The notes beneath the pieces were generated by a model, which saw only the letters and a list, made by a program, of their open reading frames with translations, ran no database searches and was not told the origin of the DNA. Positions 18,430-28,800 of a stretch of DNA of 64,000 nt are shown here, one piece after another; within the stretch, counting starts at the first letter, position 1; every line of letters starts with the position of its first letter. The translations under genes and the position numbers were made by a program. Origin of the DNA: Phycisphaerae bacterium (GTDB lineage Bacteria; Planctomycetota; Phycisphaerae; UBA1845); the NCBI GenBank assembly GCA_963666835.2, contig CAXXGO010000006.1, positions 2,464,001 through 2,528,000 on the forward strand. The letters run 5' to 3'.

Positions 18430-19530
18430 ATGAGAGTCTCCAACGTTCTTTGTGGCGGGCGTGTTACGAATCACCGCGGTTCGACGGCGTTCACGCTGAT
18501 CGAGCTGCTTACGGTCGTCTTCATTATTACCTTGCTGATCGGGATTCTGGTGCCGGCGTTGAACGGGGCGCGCAACATGGCGAAGAAGACCTCAACGAAG
18601 GCGACCATCAGCGCGATCGGCACTTCTCTCGATCTGTTCCGCGGTGACAACGAGCGTGAGTTTGCGGCGACTAATGGCTATCCGCCCTCGTTTTCCCACC
18701 CACGCATGTTGGATTCGTCCGGTAGCGACCTGTTCGACAGGTTCAAGGGGGAATGCCCGTTCATCAAGGATAAGCCGGTCATTTCCGGAGCGCACTGGCT
18801 GCCCATGATGCTGATGGGGTTGGACCAGGAGGGATACGTGAAGCGCAGTACGGTTCCCCGGAAGGACGACATGCGGGACAAGCCGTGGCTCTGGTACGAC
18901 CCGGATGCGCTCGGGACGGGTAAAAGGCTGGATCGCCAGCCGTTCTATGCCGATCCGGGGAACCTCAAGACGAAACAGACGAAGGACATTGGCGGTCATC
19001 GTAACGACGCCTTGTTCGAGGAGAATGTGTGGACTGCTGTTAAGAACCTCCCGGTGATTATTGACGCGTTCGGTACTCCGATTCTGTACTTCGCCGCTAA
19101 CGCCAACGGCACGACCAACAATATGTTGGAGGACGAGCGGGACGAGAATAACGAGTATACCGGAGGCGTGCAGCAGGAAGGCCCGCCGGTGTACTTCCAC
19201 CAAGACAACCACATGTTCACCGGCACCAAGAATGAGAAGGGCTGGGATTTTGACGGCCCGCATGTCATTGCCGCATGCGGATCGGAACGTAATGCTGATG
19301 AGCTCAGTGACCCGGACAATCTGGAGGCGGCCAACACGTTCGCCCGTTACATCCTCGACCGCACGTTGTTGCGTACCTTACGGACCAAACGTGAGGCTGG
19401 TGAGACGATTTCGGAATCGACCCCGTTGCGTCCGGTGAATGCGGATTCGTATTTGTTGATGAGCCCCGGGGTCGATGGAGTCTGGGGCACGCGGGATGAC
19501 GTTACTAATTTCACGCTGGAACTCGAGTAG
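18430..19530 (+). CDS. Large GspG-like pilin/pseudopilin 1
   Basis: Class III signal A|FTLIELLTVVFII, IDAFGTPILY motif and C-terminal DSYLLMSPGVDGVWGTRDDVTNF. Confidence 0.88.
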   Translation: MRVSNVLCGGRVTNHRGSTAFTLIELLTVVFIITLLIGILVPALNGARNMAKKTSTKATISAIGTSLDLFRGDNEREFAATNGYPPSFSHPRMLDSSGSDLFDRFKGECPFIKDKPVISGAHWLPMMLMGLDQEGYVKRSTVPRKDDMRDKPWLWYDPDALGTGKRLDRQPFYADPGNLKTKQTKDIGGHRNDALFEENVWTAVKNLPVIIDAFGTPILYFAANANGTTNNMLEDERDENNEYTGGVQQEGPPVYFHQDNHMFTGTKNEKGWDFDGPHVIAACGSERNADELSDPDNLEAANTFARYILDRTLLRTLRTKREAGETISESTPLRPVNADSYLLMSPGVDGVWGTRDDVTNFTLELE

Positions 19531-19558
19531 CACGAGCCGCCTTCAGGGCAAGACAAGG

Positions 19559-20593
19559 ATGCGGATTATGAGCATGCGTAAACCGGGCAACTGCGGCCTT
19601 GGCTTCACCTTGGTCGAGCTGTTGGTGGTGATAACGATCATCGGGCTTCTGATCGCGGTGTTGTTGCCGTCAATGTCGCGCATTCGCGTAAAGGCGAAGA
19701 ACACCCAGACGACGGCGCAGCTCAATGCGATTGAGCAAGGTCTGGAGATGTACCGCGGCGAGAACGCGTTGGGAGGTAGTTATCCGCCTTCATGTGGTGA
19801 CGTCGGGGAGAATCTGGCGGATCGGCGGAAGATCGCGAATCCGCTCGAAGAGAACGCGGAGCCGGATACGGCGATTACCGGGGCGCACCTGCTCGTGAAC
19901 GCTCTTATCGGGGCGGACATGCTGGGGACGCCCGGGCTGCGGGATATGGACCGGGACGGATTCTGGGCCGACGATACGCACTCGGGTGACGGCGGGGCGT
20001 ACGAGGTTACCGACGACGAAGGTGTCGAGGTCCAACCGCGGTACGGTGGAACCGGGTACGTCGATGACAAGATGAAGGAAGAGAGCGTGACGACCTTGGG
20101 GAAACTCGAGGACGAGGGGAAGATCTTCGTTTGGACCGACGCGGTTTCCTCTACGCCCACGCGCCATCAGTTGGTTTTCGTCGATCCGTGGAGCCGGCCG
20201 ATTCTCTACTACAAGGCCAATCCGGTAGGGCGCCGTATGGTCGGCAGTTCAACCGATCCCGGGATCTACTGGCAGGACGACAACGGCCTGATTACCGGGT
20301 CGGTTAACGGCCTGACCGATTACGACGGCATCGATTTCGGTGCGGGTAAGGTGGATGGCTACTACCATCGAATCGCCGATGCTAAGTGCCCGCCTCCCAA
20401 GCCGGTTATCGATGTAGACATGGAGGCGGATTACGAGCACTCGTTGGCTCTGTTCATTTTCGATCCTGCGGTCAAGGCCCGCAACACTCCGGTTCGCAAG
20501 GACAGCTATCTGCTGATAACTGCAGGGGCGGATTCGATCTACGGAACCGACGACGACGTGTTGAACTGGACGAAGAAGGAACGGGAGCAGTAG
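19559..20593 (+). CDS. Large GspG-like pilin/pseudopilin 2 (start could be 19568)
   Basis: G|FTLVELLVVITII, VDPWSRPILY and DSYLLITAGADSIYGTDDDVLNW. Clearly paralogous to pilin 1 (both share GAH and similar blocks). Confidence 0.88.
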   Translation: MRIMSMRKPGNCGLGFTLVELLVVITIIGLLIAVLLPSMSRIRVKAKNTQTTAQLNAIEQGLEMYRGENALGGSYPPSCGDVGENLADRRKIANPLEENAEPDTAITGAHLLVNALIGADMLGTPGLRDMDRDGFWADDTHSGDGGAYEVTDDEGVEVQPRYGGTGYVDDKMKEESVTTLGKLEDEGKIFVWTDAVSSTPTRHQLVFVDPWSRPILYYKANPVGRRMVGSSTDPGIYWQDDNGLITGSVNGLTDYDGIDFGAGKVDGYYHRIADAKCPPPKPVIDVDMEADYEHSLALFIFDPAVKARNTPVRKDSYLLITAGADSIYGTDDDVLNWTKKEREQ

Positions 20594-21595
20594 ATGCCGC
20601 GGGGACTCTCTTACAGAGAAAGGCCATCAACGCGGTCGCTTCGCGCGTTTACGCTCATCGAGCTGCTGGTGGTCTTTGTGATTATCGCCGTGTTGGTAAG
20701 CTCGGTACTTGTTGGCGGTACCGTGCTGATTAACAAGGCCAGAACCCGCGATACCCAGGTTGTCCTGCAGCTTGTGCGGGACGCCGTCGATGAGTTTCAG
20801 CGGGATAAGCCCGCGATCATAGAGGTCAGCCAGAAACGCTCGACCGGCAGAATCCGTTACATGAACCGGTACGGACAGTACCCGGCCGATGAACTGGAGA
20901 TGTTCAGCAAGCAGGGTCTACCCGGCAGTATCGCACCACCGAGTAACCGGTCGTTGGCCGTGGGTAAGGCCGAGATAGTCCCGGCGCCGGGGGCGTCGAA
21001 GTATCCGTCGATGGTCTTCTACAAGGTCGGCAACCCGGCTCCGGAGTACGAACACCGTGATGTAGCGGCGTTGGTGTTGTCGATCGAGACTTACAGCGCC
21101 CCGGCGGCGCTGATTCTGAGCAAGATTCCCGAAGATAACCGGCAGATTGCGTGCGTGGACGCAGCCGGCAATCCGAAACAGTTTCTGGATCGCGACTCTT
21201 CCAAGAACGGTACGTGGGATGACGACACCGATACGCCGGTCCGTTTGATCGTGGATAGTTGGGGCGTGCCGTTGGGGTACTTTGCTCAGCGCGACTACGA
21301 TCCCGACGGCGGAGCGTCGGCGGCGGCTTTGACGGAATCGCGAAACTGTGCGGATTGGAATCAGGCCTCGACCGAGTTCATTCGGATTAACGGCGGTAAG
21401 CCGGTCATTTTCTCGTACGGGCCTAACGGACGCGACCAGCTTAGCAAAGACGTGCAAACTGCTGACAATACTGCGTCACTCGTGGGTGACTGGATGGACT
21501 CGACCGATTCGTCGCCGCGGATCAACAACCCGTATAACACCGACAACATTTACGCCGATCCCGGTTTGGCGGAGAAACTTTCCGCAGGATCGTGA
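20594..21595 (+). CDS. Large GspG-like pilin/pseudopilin 3
   Basis: A|FTLIELLVVFVII, VDSWGVPLGY and IFSYGPNG motifs. Confidence 0.85.
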   Translation: MPRGLSYRERPSTRSLRAFTLIELLVVFVIIAVLVSSVLVGGTVLINKARTRDTQVVLQLVRDAVDEFQRDKPAIIEVSQKRSTGRIRYMNRYGQYPADELEMFSKQGLPGSIAPPSNRSLAVGKAEIVPAPGASKYPSMVFYKVGNPAPEYEHRDVAALVLSIETYSAPAALILSKIPEDNRQIACVDAAGNPKQFLDRDSSKNGTWDDDTDTPVRLIVDSWGVPLGYFAQRDYDPDGGASAAALTESRNCADWNQASTEFIRINGGKPVIFSYGPNGRDQLSKDVQTADNTASLVGDWMDSTDSSPRINNPYNTDNIYADPGLAEKLSAGS

Positions 21596-22554
21596 ACATG
21601 ACCGAACGCACTGCGACAGATCGGGCCTGGTTCACTGACGCCTCCCGGCGCCGCGGAGGGTTCACCCTTATCGAGATGATCGTGGTCCTCGCGATCGTGT
21701 TGGTTTTGTTGGGGCTGATCCTTCCGGCGGCCAGCGAGATGTGGGAAGAGCGCAAACTCGCCGACGTGGAGACCATCACTCAGGGGATGCTGATGACCAC
21801 CCGGGCGAACGCGCTGCGCGCCAGCGGGGTGGATACCGGGCTGCTGTTCGTCGTCGATGCTCGCGGCACCCAGCGGATCTTCCCGATCGAGCAGGATTCG
21901 GACCACCCCGGCAACGTGGCCTGGGATAACGTGTTCAAGGTTACTCAGGGGCGGGCGTACTCGTTGCCGGCTCCCATTCGGGTGGTCCCGCGCTATGTTG
22001 TGGACGAAGAGGTGGAGAATTCGGACGGACCGCGCGTCTTCACCGAAGCGGAACTGGCCAACGATAACTTCGTTATCCCGCCGCCAGATTCCGATATCGG
22101 ACAGCGTCACCGCAACTTCTTCACCATGGTCTTTTCGAGCGAGGGGCAGTTGCAGGTGCGCCGAGACGTTCTGATTCAGGATGTCGACGTTGCGGGCGAC
22201 GGCATCGGTGACACGACGGGAATGCCGGTCGGGAAAGGGCCGGATCCCGATGACGCCAATGTCGGCCAGTACTACACGCAGGATTCGAGCAGCAGCCCCA
22301 AAGCCATTGATCCGCGGGCCTCGCATCTGGCCGAGGACATCCCGTACCTGGTCAATGATCAGAGCAGCGGGTCGACCGCCGAGATAGCGATCAACTTCCC
22401 GTCGGTTGACGGGCTGTTAGTCTACGACGATTCATTATTCAGAGGGCTGGACGACATCACGCAGAAACGGTCCTTTCTGCTGGAGACGGGACGGCCATTC
22501 TACGTGAATCGCAATACCGGGGCGGTCATTCAAGGCCCGGTCGGAGAGAATTGA
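21592..22554 (+). CDS. Minor pilin, FimU/GspH-like
   Basis: G|FTLIEMIVVLAIV, ..L...RANA.. pattern, and position before the PilV/W/X-like genes. Confidence 0.78.
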   Translation: MNMTERTATDRAWFTDASRRRGGFTLIEMIVVLAIVLVLLGLILPAASEMWEERKLADVETITQGMLMTTRANALRASGVDTGLLFVVDARGTQRIFPIEQDSDHPGNVAWDNVFKVTQGRAYSLPAPIRVVPRYVVDEEVENSDGPRVFTEAELANDNFVIPPPDSDIGQRHRNFFTMVFSSEGQLQVRRDVLIQDVDVAGDGIGDTTGMPVGKGPDPDDANVGQYYTQDSSSSPKAIDPRASHLAEDIPYLVNDQSSGSTAEIAINFPSVDGLLVYDDSLFRGLDDITQKRSFLLETGRPFYVNRNTGAVIQGPVGEN

Positions 22555-23969
22555 ACACCGTGAATGCCGTCAAAGTCAACCCGGTGAATGGATGCGGCGT
22601 TAAGCCGTTGCGGCGCACGGATTGCGTCCGTGGTTTCTCGCTCATCGAGTTGATGGTGGCGATGACCATTCTCGGGTTCGGCTTGGTAATGGTGGCCACG
22701 GTCTTTCCCATTGCCCTGGGTAGAGCGCGTGATCTTTCCGAGGTAACGACGCAGGTGGCCGTTACGGATGCCGCGGAGATGACCGTTCGGCTGCTCGTGC
22801 ACAATTCCGGGCTGGACCCGACTGATAACGCGTCCAGCTTCGCCGGCGATGTGATTTACGACGACGGTTTTCCCAGCAGCAAACTGTACGCGAAGCCGGA
22901 CGCCGGGCCGCCGCGCGTACATGCCCTCTATATGGAGAACCTGCTGGTGAGCCCGCGGGCGTATACGCCCGACTGGGAGAACCCGCAGCTTAGCGAAGGG
23001 GCTCCGTGGGAGCTCGAGCTGATGCCCGTGACCGAGCAGTTCAGCGTGCATCCGGACATGCTCCCTGCGGGCCATTATTTCCTTACCGTCGGCTTCGGCA
23101 GCCCGCAGGTGCGTCTCGGAGATCGCGTGTATCCGCCGATAAGGCGGCGAAACCGCGATTCTGTCGATGCCAACGGCGTTTTCAGGCTGAGTGTTCCGGA
23201 CGATCAGTGGGATGACGCCCTGGATACACGCCGGTATGCGTGGGCCGTGTTTCATCGATTGACCGAGCCGGAGTTTGATATGGACGCGACGGCGGAGCAG
23301 TGGGCCGCCGCGGCTGAGGACGAACGCGTCTTCGACATCTACTACGTGACTCTGCGGCGGGCCCGGTCGAATCTTCGTTTCGCCCAGCAGGATCCGGATC
23401 CCGATAAGGCGCCCGTCCCCGTGTTCGATGCCTCAGGGACGTCGGGCCAACGAGGGGATCTGCATGTTCCGGAGGCACTTCCTCCGGCCAACGACGTAGC
23501 TTTCCCGGTGCCCTGGCGGGTGCAGGTGGAGTTTCCGGATACGCTTGCCCTGGAGGGCGATGACACCAACCCGCCCACGGGAGCTCCGACGGAGATCGAA
23601 GTCGAGTATCCGGGCGAAGCCTGGATCCTCGATATGTTCACTCCGGGCACTCCCCTCATTGATGAGGTCAGCGGCAACGTGTACCGGATCGCCAAACGGC
23701 GGATAGTCGGGGCGAATGACGATCGAGCGGTGCTCACTCTCGATGACGAAGTGCTGATCAACGACGTCGACGATGGCAGGTGGGACTCGATTGACACCGT
23801 CAACCATTACGACAGCGATACGCTCGACGACGATGAGCTTATCAGGACGGTCTGGGTGTTCCCGCCGCCGGTGGAGGCGACGCGTCTTTCCGGTGGTGAA
23901 CCGGTGTTCAATGGGAAACAGCCGGTCGTCGGTATCACAATCCGCTCGCTGACCGTCGTTCCCAGGTAG
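22551..23969 (+). CDS. Minor pilin, PilV/GspI-like (very large)
   Basis: G|FSLIELMVAMTILGFGLVMVA..FP class III signal typical of PilV. Confidence 0.78.
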   Translation: MNTVNAVKVNPVNGCGVKPLRRTDCVRGFSLIELMVAMTILGFGLVMVATVFPIALGRARDLSEVTTQVAVTDAAEMTVRLLVHNSGLDPTDNASSFAGDVIYDDGFPSSKLYAKPDAGPPRVHALYMENLLVSPRAYTPDWENPQLSEGAPWELELMPVTEQFSVHPDMLPAGHYFLTVGFGSPQVRLGDRVYPPIRRRNRDSVDANGVFRLSVPDDQWDDALDTRRYAWAVFHRLTEPEFDMDATAEQWAAAAEDERVFDIYYVTLRRARSNLRFAQQDPDPDKAPVPVFDASGTSGQRGDLHVPEALPPANDVAFPVPWRVQVEFPDTLALEGDDTNPPTGAPTEIEVEYPGEAWILDMFTPGTPLIDEVSGNVYRIAKRRIVGANDDRAVLTLDDEVLINDVDDGRWDSIDTVNHYDSDTLDDDELIRTVWVFPPPVEATRLSGGEPVFNGKQPVVGITIRSLTVVPR

Positions 23970-24178
23970 GTCGGCGTCAATGGCCTTCTCGTCGAGTCCG
24001 GCTTCACTACCTGATTCGATCCCATTCCGATCGCGGCGGCGTTGTCGATCCTCCTTTTGGTTTGTGGTGTTGAGGATCCCTCCGAGGGTGCTGGACCGAC
24101 ACTTGACTGTAGTAATAATGGGGGCAATACCGGCTGTCCCGGATGGCGGCCGATAACCTGCATGACGGGTTGAACAGC

Positions 24179-25723
24179 ATGCGAAGGCCAAGGTTTGACA
24201 AACAGTTACGGTTGAATGCGGCCGGTGGCAGTGTGAGGCGAACGGGTTTCACCCTCGCCGAGCTGATCGTCTCGATGGGCATTCTGTTGCTTATGCTCAC
24301 CATGGCGGGGCAGGTTATGAGCCTGACCGTGCGGGCGACCGGGCAGGCCAAGGCCTTTACGGAAGTCCACCGCTCCGCGCGGATCATCGAGCGGGCGTTG
24401 CGGGAGGATCTCCGGCACGTCAAGTTCGGTAACACGATCATGGTTATCCAGGGCAATCCTATCAACGCCTACTGGACCCAAGAAGGTAAGGAGGCCGACC
24501 TCGATGGAGATCCGAGCAACGGCTACCTGCACATAAGGGACCCCGAGCGGGAGGCGGAGGACGGCTCCACGGACATGGCCGCTCCCCGCGCCGATGTGTT
24601 GATGTTCTTCACCACTCGCGAGGCCACGAATTACGTTCAATACAACTACACCAACGTCGCTCCGGATCAGGAGCAGGCGATTCGGTCGGGAGTGCAGCAG
24701 GTGGTTTACGGCCACGCTGATCTGATTGAGTTTGACTCCGATGGGGACCCTACGCCGGACGACGAGATCGAGCGGTTTCCGTCGGATCCCACGGTGTACT
24801 ACTCGCTTCCGGCGGAAGGATGGCACTTGGCCCGGCGGGTGGTCCATCTGCTGAGCGCCGATTCACCACCGCCGGCTTCGGTGCCGAAGTGGGCCGATGC
24901 CACTACGCGGAATCTGGATGAAGACGACGGGCATCCCCACATCGACTTGCTGGGGAACCCGGCGATTCTCATGGGTAAGACGGACGTAATGGCTGAGTTC
25001 GACTATGAGCAGTGGGTCATTACGCCGATGGACGTGGACAGCAACATTACGACTAGTGAATGGCGTTACTCCTGGCCGGAAGTGCTCAACGTGCCGGACC
25101 CGCCGGGTGCGGCGGTGTCTCCGTTTGCCCGGAGTATGTTGGACCCGAGTCCCCCGGCCCGTCTGGCGGATCGGCTGGGGCATTACTTCATGCCGAACTG
25201 CGCGTCGTTCAAGGTGGAGTGGGCTTTGGATCCGGCCAGCGATTTTGTGGGCGGCCGGCTCGAAAGCAGCGGTGACCCTGACGGTCGGCGGCAGGTCTTC
25301 TGGTTTGATCCGGGAGCCGAGAGGCCGCTTGCGACCCTCGAAGACTTCTTCCTGGGAGCGCATACGTCCCAATACACCGAGCTGCGGGAGCTGTTTGAAG
25401 ACGCCCTGGGTGGGGACTACGACTTCAACGGCGGCGGGGCAATCAACACGAACCAGACTTACAGTCTGAAAGACCGGTTCGGGGGCGGATCCAACTACGA
25501 CTCGTTGTGGCACAGCGACCCCTTTAGCAGTCCGGGGCGCCCGAACGTGGCGGTGTTCGCGGCGCAGCGGCGCCGGGCGGCGGCATCGGGGAGTACTCCG
25601 GGTGAGCCGATGCCGGAGGACGTCTTCCCGATAGCCTTGCGGATTACGGTGGATTTGTTCGACAACTTGCAGCGGCTCGAACGTCCGATCCGGCATGTGA
25701 TGATTCTGCCGGTCGGCGGGTAG
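24179..25723 (+). CDS. Minor pilin, PilW/GspJ-like (very large; start could be 24143)
   Basis: G|FTLAELIVSMGILLLM, ...LREDL... and C-terminal P.ALRITV.L.D motif. Confidence 0.78.
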   Translation: MRRPRFDKQLRLNAAGGSVRRTGFTLAELIVSMGILLLMLTMAGQVMSLTVRATGQAKAFTEVHRSARIIERALREDLRHVKFGNTIMVIQGNPINAYWTQEGKEADLDGDPSNGYLHIRDPEREAEDGSTDMAAPRADVLMFFTTREATNYVQYNYTNVAPDQEQAIRSGVQQVVYGHADLIEFDSDGDPTPDDEIERFPSDPTVYYSLPAEGWHLARRVVHLLSADSPPPASVPKWADATTRNLDEDDGHPHIDLLGNPAILMGKTDVMAEFDYEQWVITPMDVDSNITTSEWRYSWPEVLNVPDPPGAAVSPFARSMLDPSPPARLADRLGHYFMPNCASFKVEWALDPASDFVGGRLESSGDPDGRRQVFWFDPGAERPLATLEDFFLGAHTSQYTELRELFEDALGGDYDFNGGGAINTNQTYSLKDRFGGGSNYDSLWHSDPFSSPGRPNVAVFAAQRRRAAASGSTPGEPMPEDVFPIALRITVDLFDNLQRLERPIRHVMILPVGG

Positions 25724-25841
25724 CGTTTGCGGGACGAAACGCGCGGGCGTGGCCGGCGGTTTCGATAGAGGGTCCGGCGGGAGCCCGCCGGCGGATTGGA
25801 TTGCCGGGAGTAGCCCCGGTAGACGGTGGAAGCAAAGCGGA

Positions 25842-28800
25842 ATGGTCAGTTTCAGGTACAACAAGCGTCGCAGACTCGAAGCTGTGAGGGTGTCCTCGCG
25901 GCGTCGCCGGGGGTCCGTCCTCGTGTTTGTGATGACGATTCTGGGCGTGCTCTTCGTAACGGGCATGGCCTTTATGATGACGATGCGCTTCGAGGAGGAC
26001 ATGATCTCCGCTGAGCAAGAGCGCGACCACACTCAACCCGCCATAGCGGGCGTGGCCGAGGAGATCGGTAGCCTGCTGGTCGATAGCGTCGATGCTATCA
26101 GTGACCAGGGCGACGATGGGGGTTTGACTGACCTGCCGGCCGTCTCCTTTGCGGAATTGCCCGGTCTGTTCAACCTGGTCGCCCCGCTGGAGCCGAATGT
26201 AGCGCCGGTCCCGAACAGCATGGATCGGCCGCGAGTGTTTCCGTGGTTCACCAACGTCGAGGGGATCATGCTCGCGGCGGATGACTCCGACCGACCGAGT
26301 TACCGCGGGCTGACGGTAGACACGGCGTGGGTTAGCGGTGTCGATCCTGTCAACGTCAAACATCCGGTGTCGGGCATTTACGTTCCGTTTGCGTCAGTCT
26401 ATCCGAATCTGACTCCGGTCGATTCTGACGGCGACGGGGTGGTTGATGCTATGCAGGTGGATCTCGCCGAGGTGGGTATCAAGGGCCGGGCACTGGATGA
26501 GCTGGCGAAGGTTGTTAATCCTCCGTCGAAGCCTGACGGCCCCGTCTATCTCGGGTTGCGCGTGGTCTCCCACGGGGGCATGGTTAATCTGAACGATGCT
26601 CATCCGAACCTGATTCGGGGATTGGATGATCCGAACGCGACGTGGGTCATTCCGCAACGGCAGGTCGATCCGGGCGAATTCGTGCCGTACTCGCCGGAGA
26701 TTGAGGAGGCTTCGTTGCGGCGCCGCGGGGGTTTGTTGCCCCCGTATCACCTGCCGCCGACGCGGATTCAGGGTAACCCGTTGGAGCCCAACGCTACCTT
26801 GGGTTTGGGCGATTACACCTCGCTGGTCTTCCAGCCGGGGGAGACTCTTCTGGATTATCGGTACTGGCCTTTCGATCCGGCCGAGTATGACAAGACCGTC
26901 GACCCGAACGTCGTGCTGTGGGCGATCCGGATGGGTCCGGAGTTCGCGGACGCTAACCCGAATGACGATCACTACGACCGGCGTCATCTGGTTACGACGA
27001 TCAGCCACGACGATTTGTTCCGTCGTCCGACGCCGGGCAAGAAGCTCGACGCCGACAAGAAGCTCGAGCGTGAGTGGGACGACGCCCTCGAGTTGATGCG
27101 CGAAGTGAACGCGAACAAGGGTGAATTGGTCTTTGAATACGCGGATTATCCGACCGGTATTACCAATACATACCTGAAAGCCCAGTATTCGAACAAACCG
27201 AACGAGCCGCTGGTGAAGTTCAATCTGGAGGATTACTGGGAGTGCGTTGCGGATGATGCGTGCCAGTTCAATGTCCGCAAGGGTAACCTGCGTCTTAGCC
27301 TGCCATGGCTGGACGACAACTTCGATATCAACCACCCCGTGGAGAAGCTCACAGTCATCAAGTACGTTCAGGATGTGTTCACGTTGATGTTGCTCAACGC
27401 CCGCGGTTCCGAGTGGGGCGATTTGACGGACTACGATCGGAACGGAGATGATACTGTTGACGATCTCGATCTTTATTATGACAAGGATGGGGACGGGGAT
27501 TGGACTGCTGCCACAGCCACCGACCCCGCCGAGGAGACATACCCGCAGGTCTGGGTGCCAGATTTCGCCAAGATTGCAGAGACCGCGGCGGCGCTTACGG
27601 CCAACATGATCGACTTTGCCGACTCTGACGACGAGCCGACCGAGGTGCAGGTCCGTTCGGCGGACTACACCGATCTGAGCAATTTTGGCCAGCCGGTGAC
27701 CGGCAGTTTCGTTTACGGGCTGGAGCGGCAGCCGTTTATCACCGAGGTGACGGCGCAGGTGACGGACGACGGCACCGGTGCGGCGGACCCCGGGGCGTCG
27801 TTCTATGCCGTGGAGCTGTTCAATCCGTATGAAGACCATGGCCCCGGCGCCGACATCGATCTGGCTGACTACTCGCTCACTGTTACGGGGGGCACCGCTC
27901 CGATTGAATTAAACGGCATCCTTGGACCGGGGGAGTTCGCGGTTTTTCGCGACAGCGACATGAATACGATAGGCTCGCCGCCACTGGCAGACGGCCAGAT
28001 GCTCGGGGGGTCGGTAACCGGTGTGCCGGGCTTGGCTTTTGCGCCGGCGGGCACGCCCAGCACCATCAAGTTATGGCGGGATGTAGACGGTACGGCGGTT
28101 GTGGTAGACGAGTTCACGCTGGGGGCTACCGGCCAAGTGGGCGAACTGGAACAAAACGCGGTGGTCCGTTCGGAGTATCGGTATCTTTCGGTAGAGGAGG
28201 ATTGGTACGCCACGGTTCCGGATACCGATTCGACACCTACAGGAGGCGGTGCGCACGGGCTCGGTTCGAAGAACGCACCGAAGCCCAATGATTGGCAGCC
28301 GGTGCAGGTCAAGTTTGCCAACACCGGGTCGCTGGAAACGGCGTTTCCGACGACCGGGTCGCTGCTATTACTGATGCGGGTGGCTAATTCGACTACCGCT
28401 GCGTTCAATGTGGGACTTGCAGACGATCAGTTCCGAATCGATAACGGCCGTATGCCGGTTTTTGATCACACGTTCGACCACAGCATTGATCCGAGGCTCG
28501 ACCCGACAGTTTCGGTTTCGGCTTCGCTTCCAGACGAGGCCCGCGAGAATAAGGGCCGGGCCGGAGATGTGCATCACCTGCCGTGGGGCCAGCTTGTGTT
28601 CGATTACTTCACGGCGATTCCGCTGGACAACGATGGGCCCTATTCTGATCCCGATCACAACAACACCCATGCTCCCAGAGTCGACGAGGACGGAGCGCGG
28701 GTTCACGGACGGATCGACCTCAACACGGCTCCGTGGAGCGTCCTGAAGGGGCTGCCTTACGTTCCGATGAGTAGTATCCCAGTGCCTTTCCAGGCGGATT

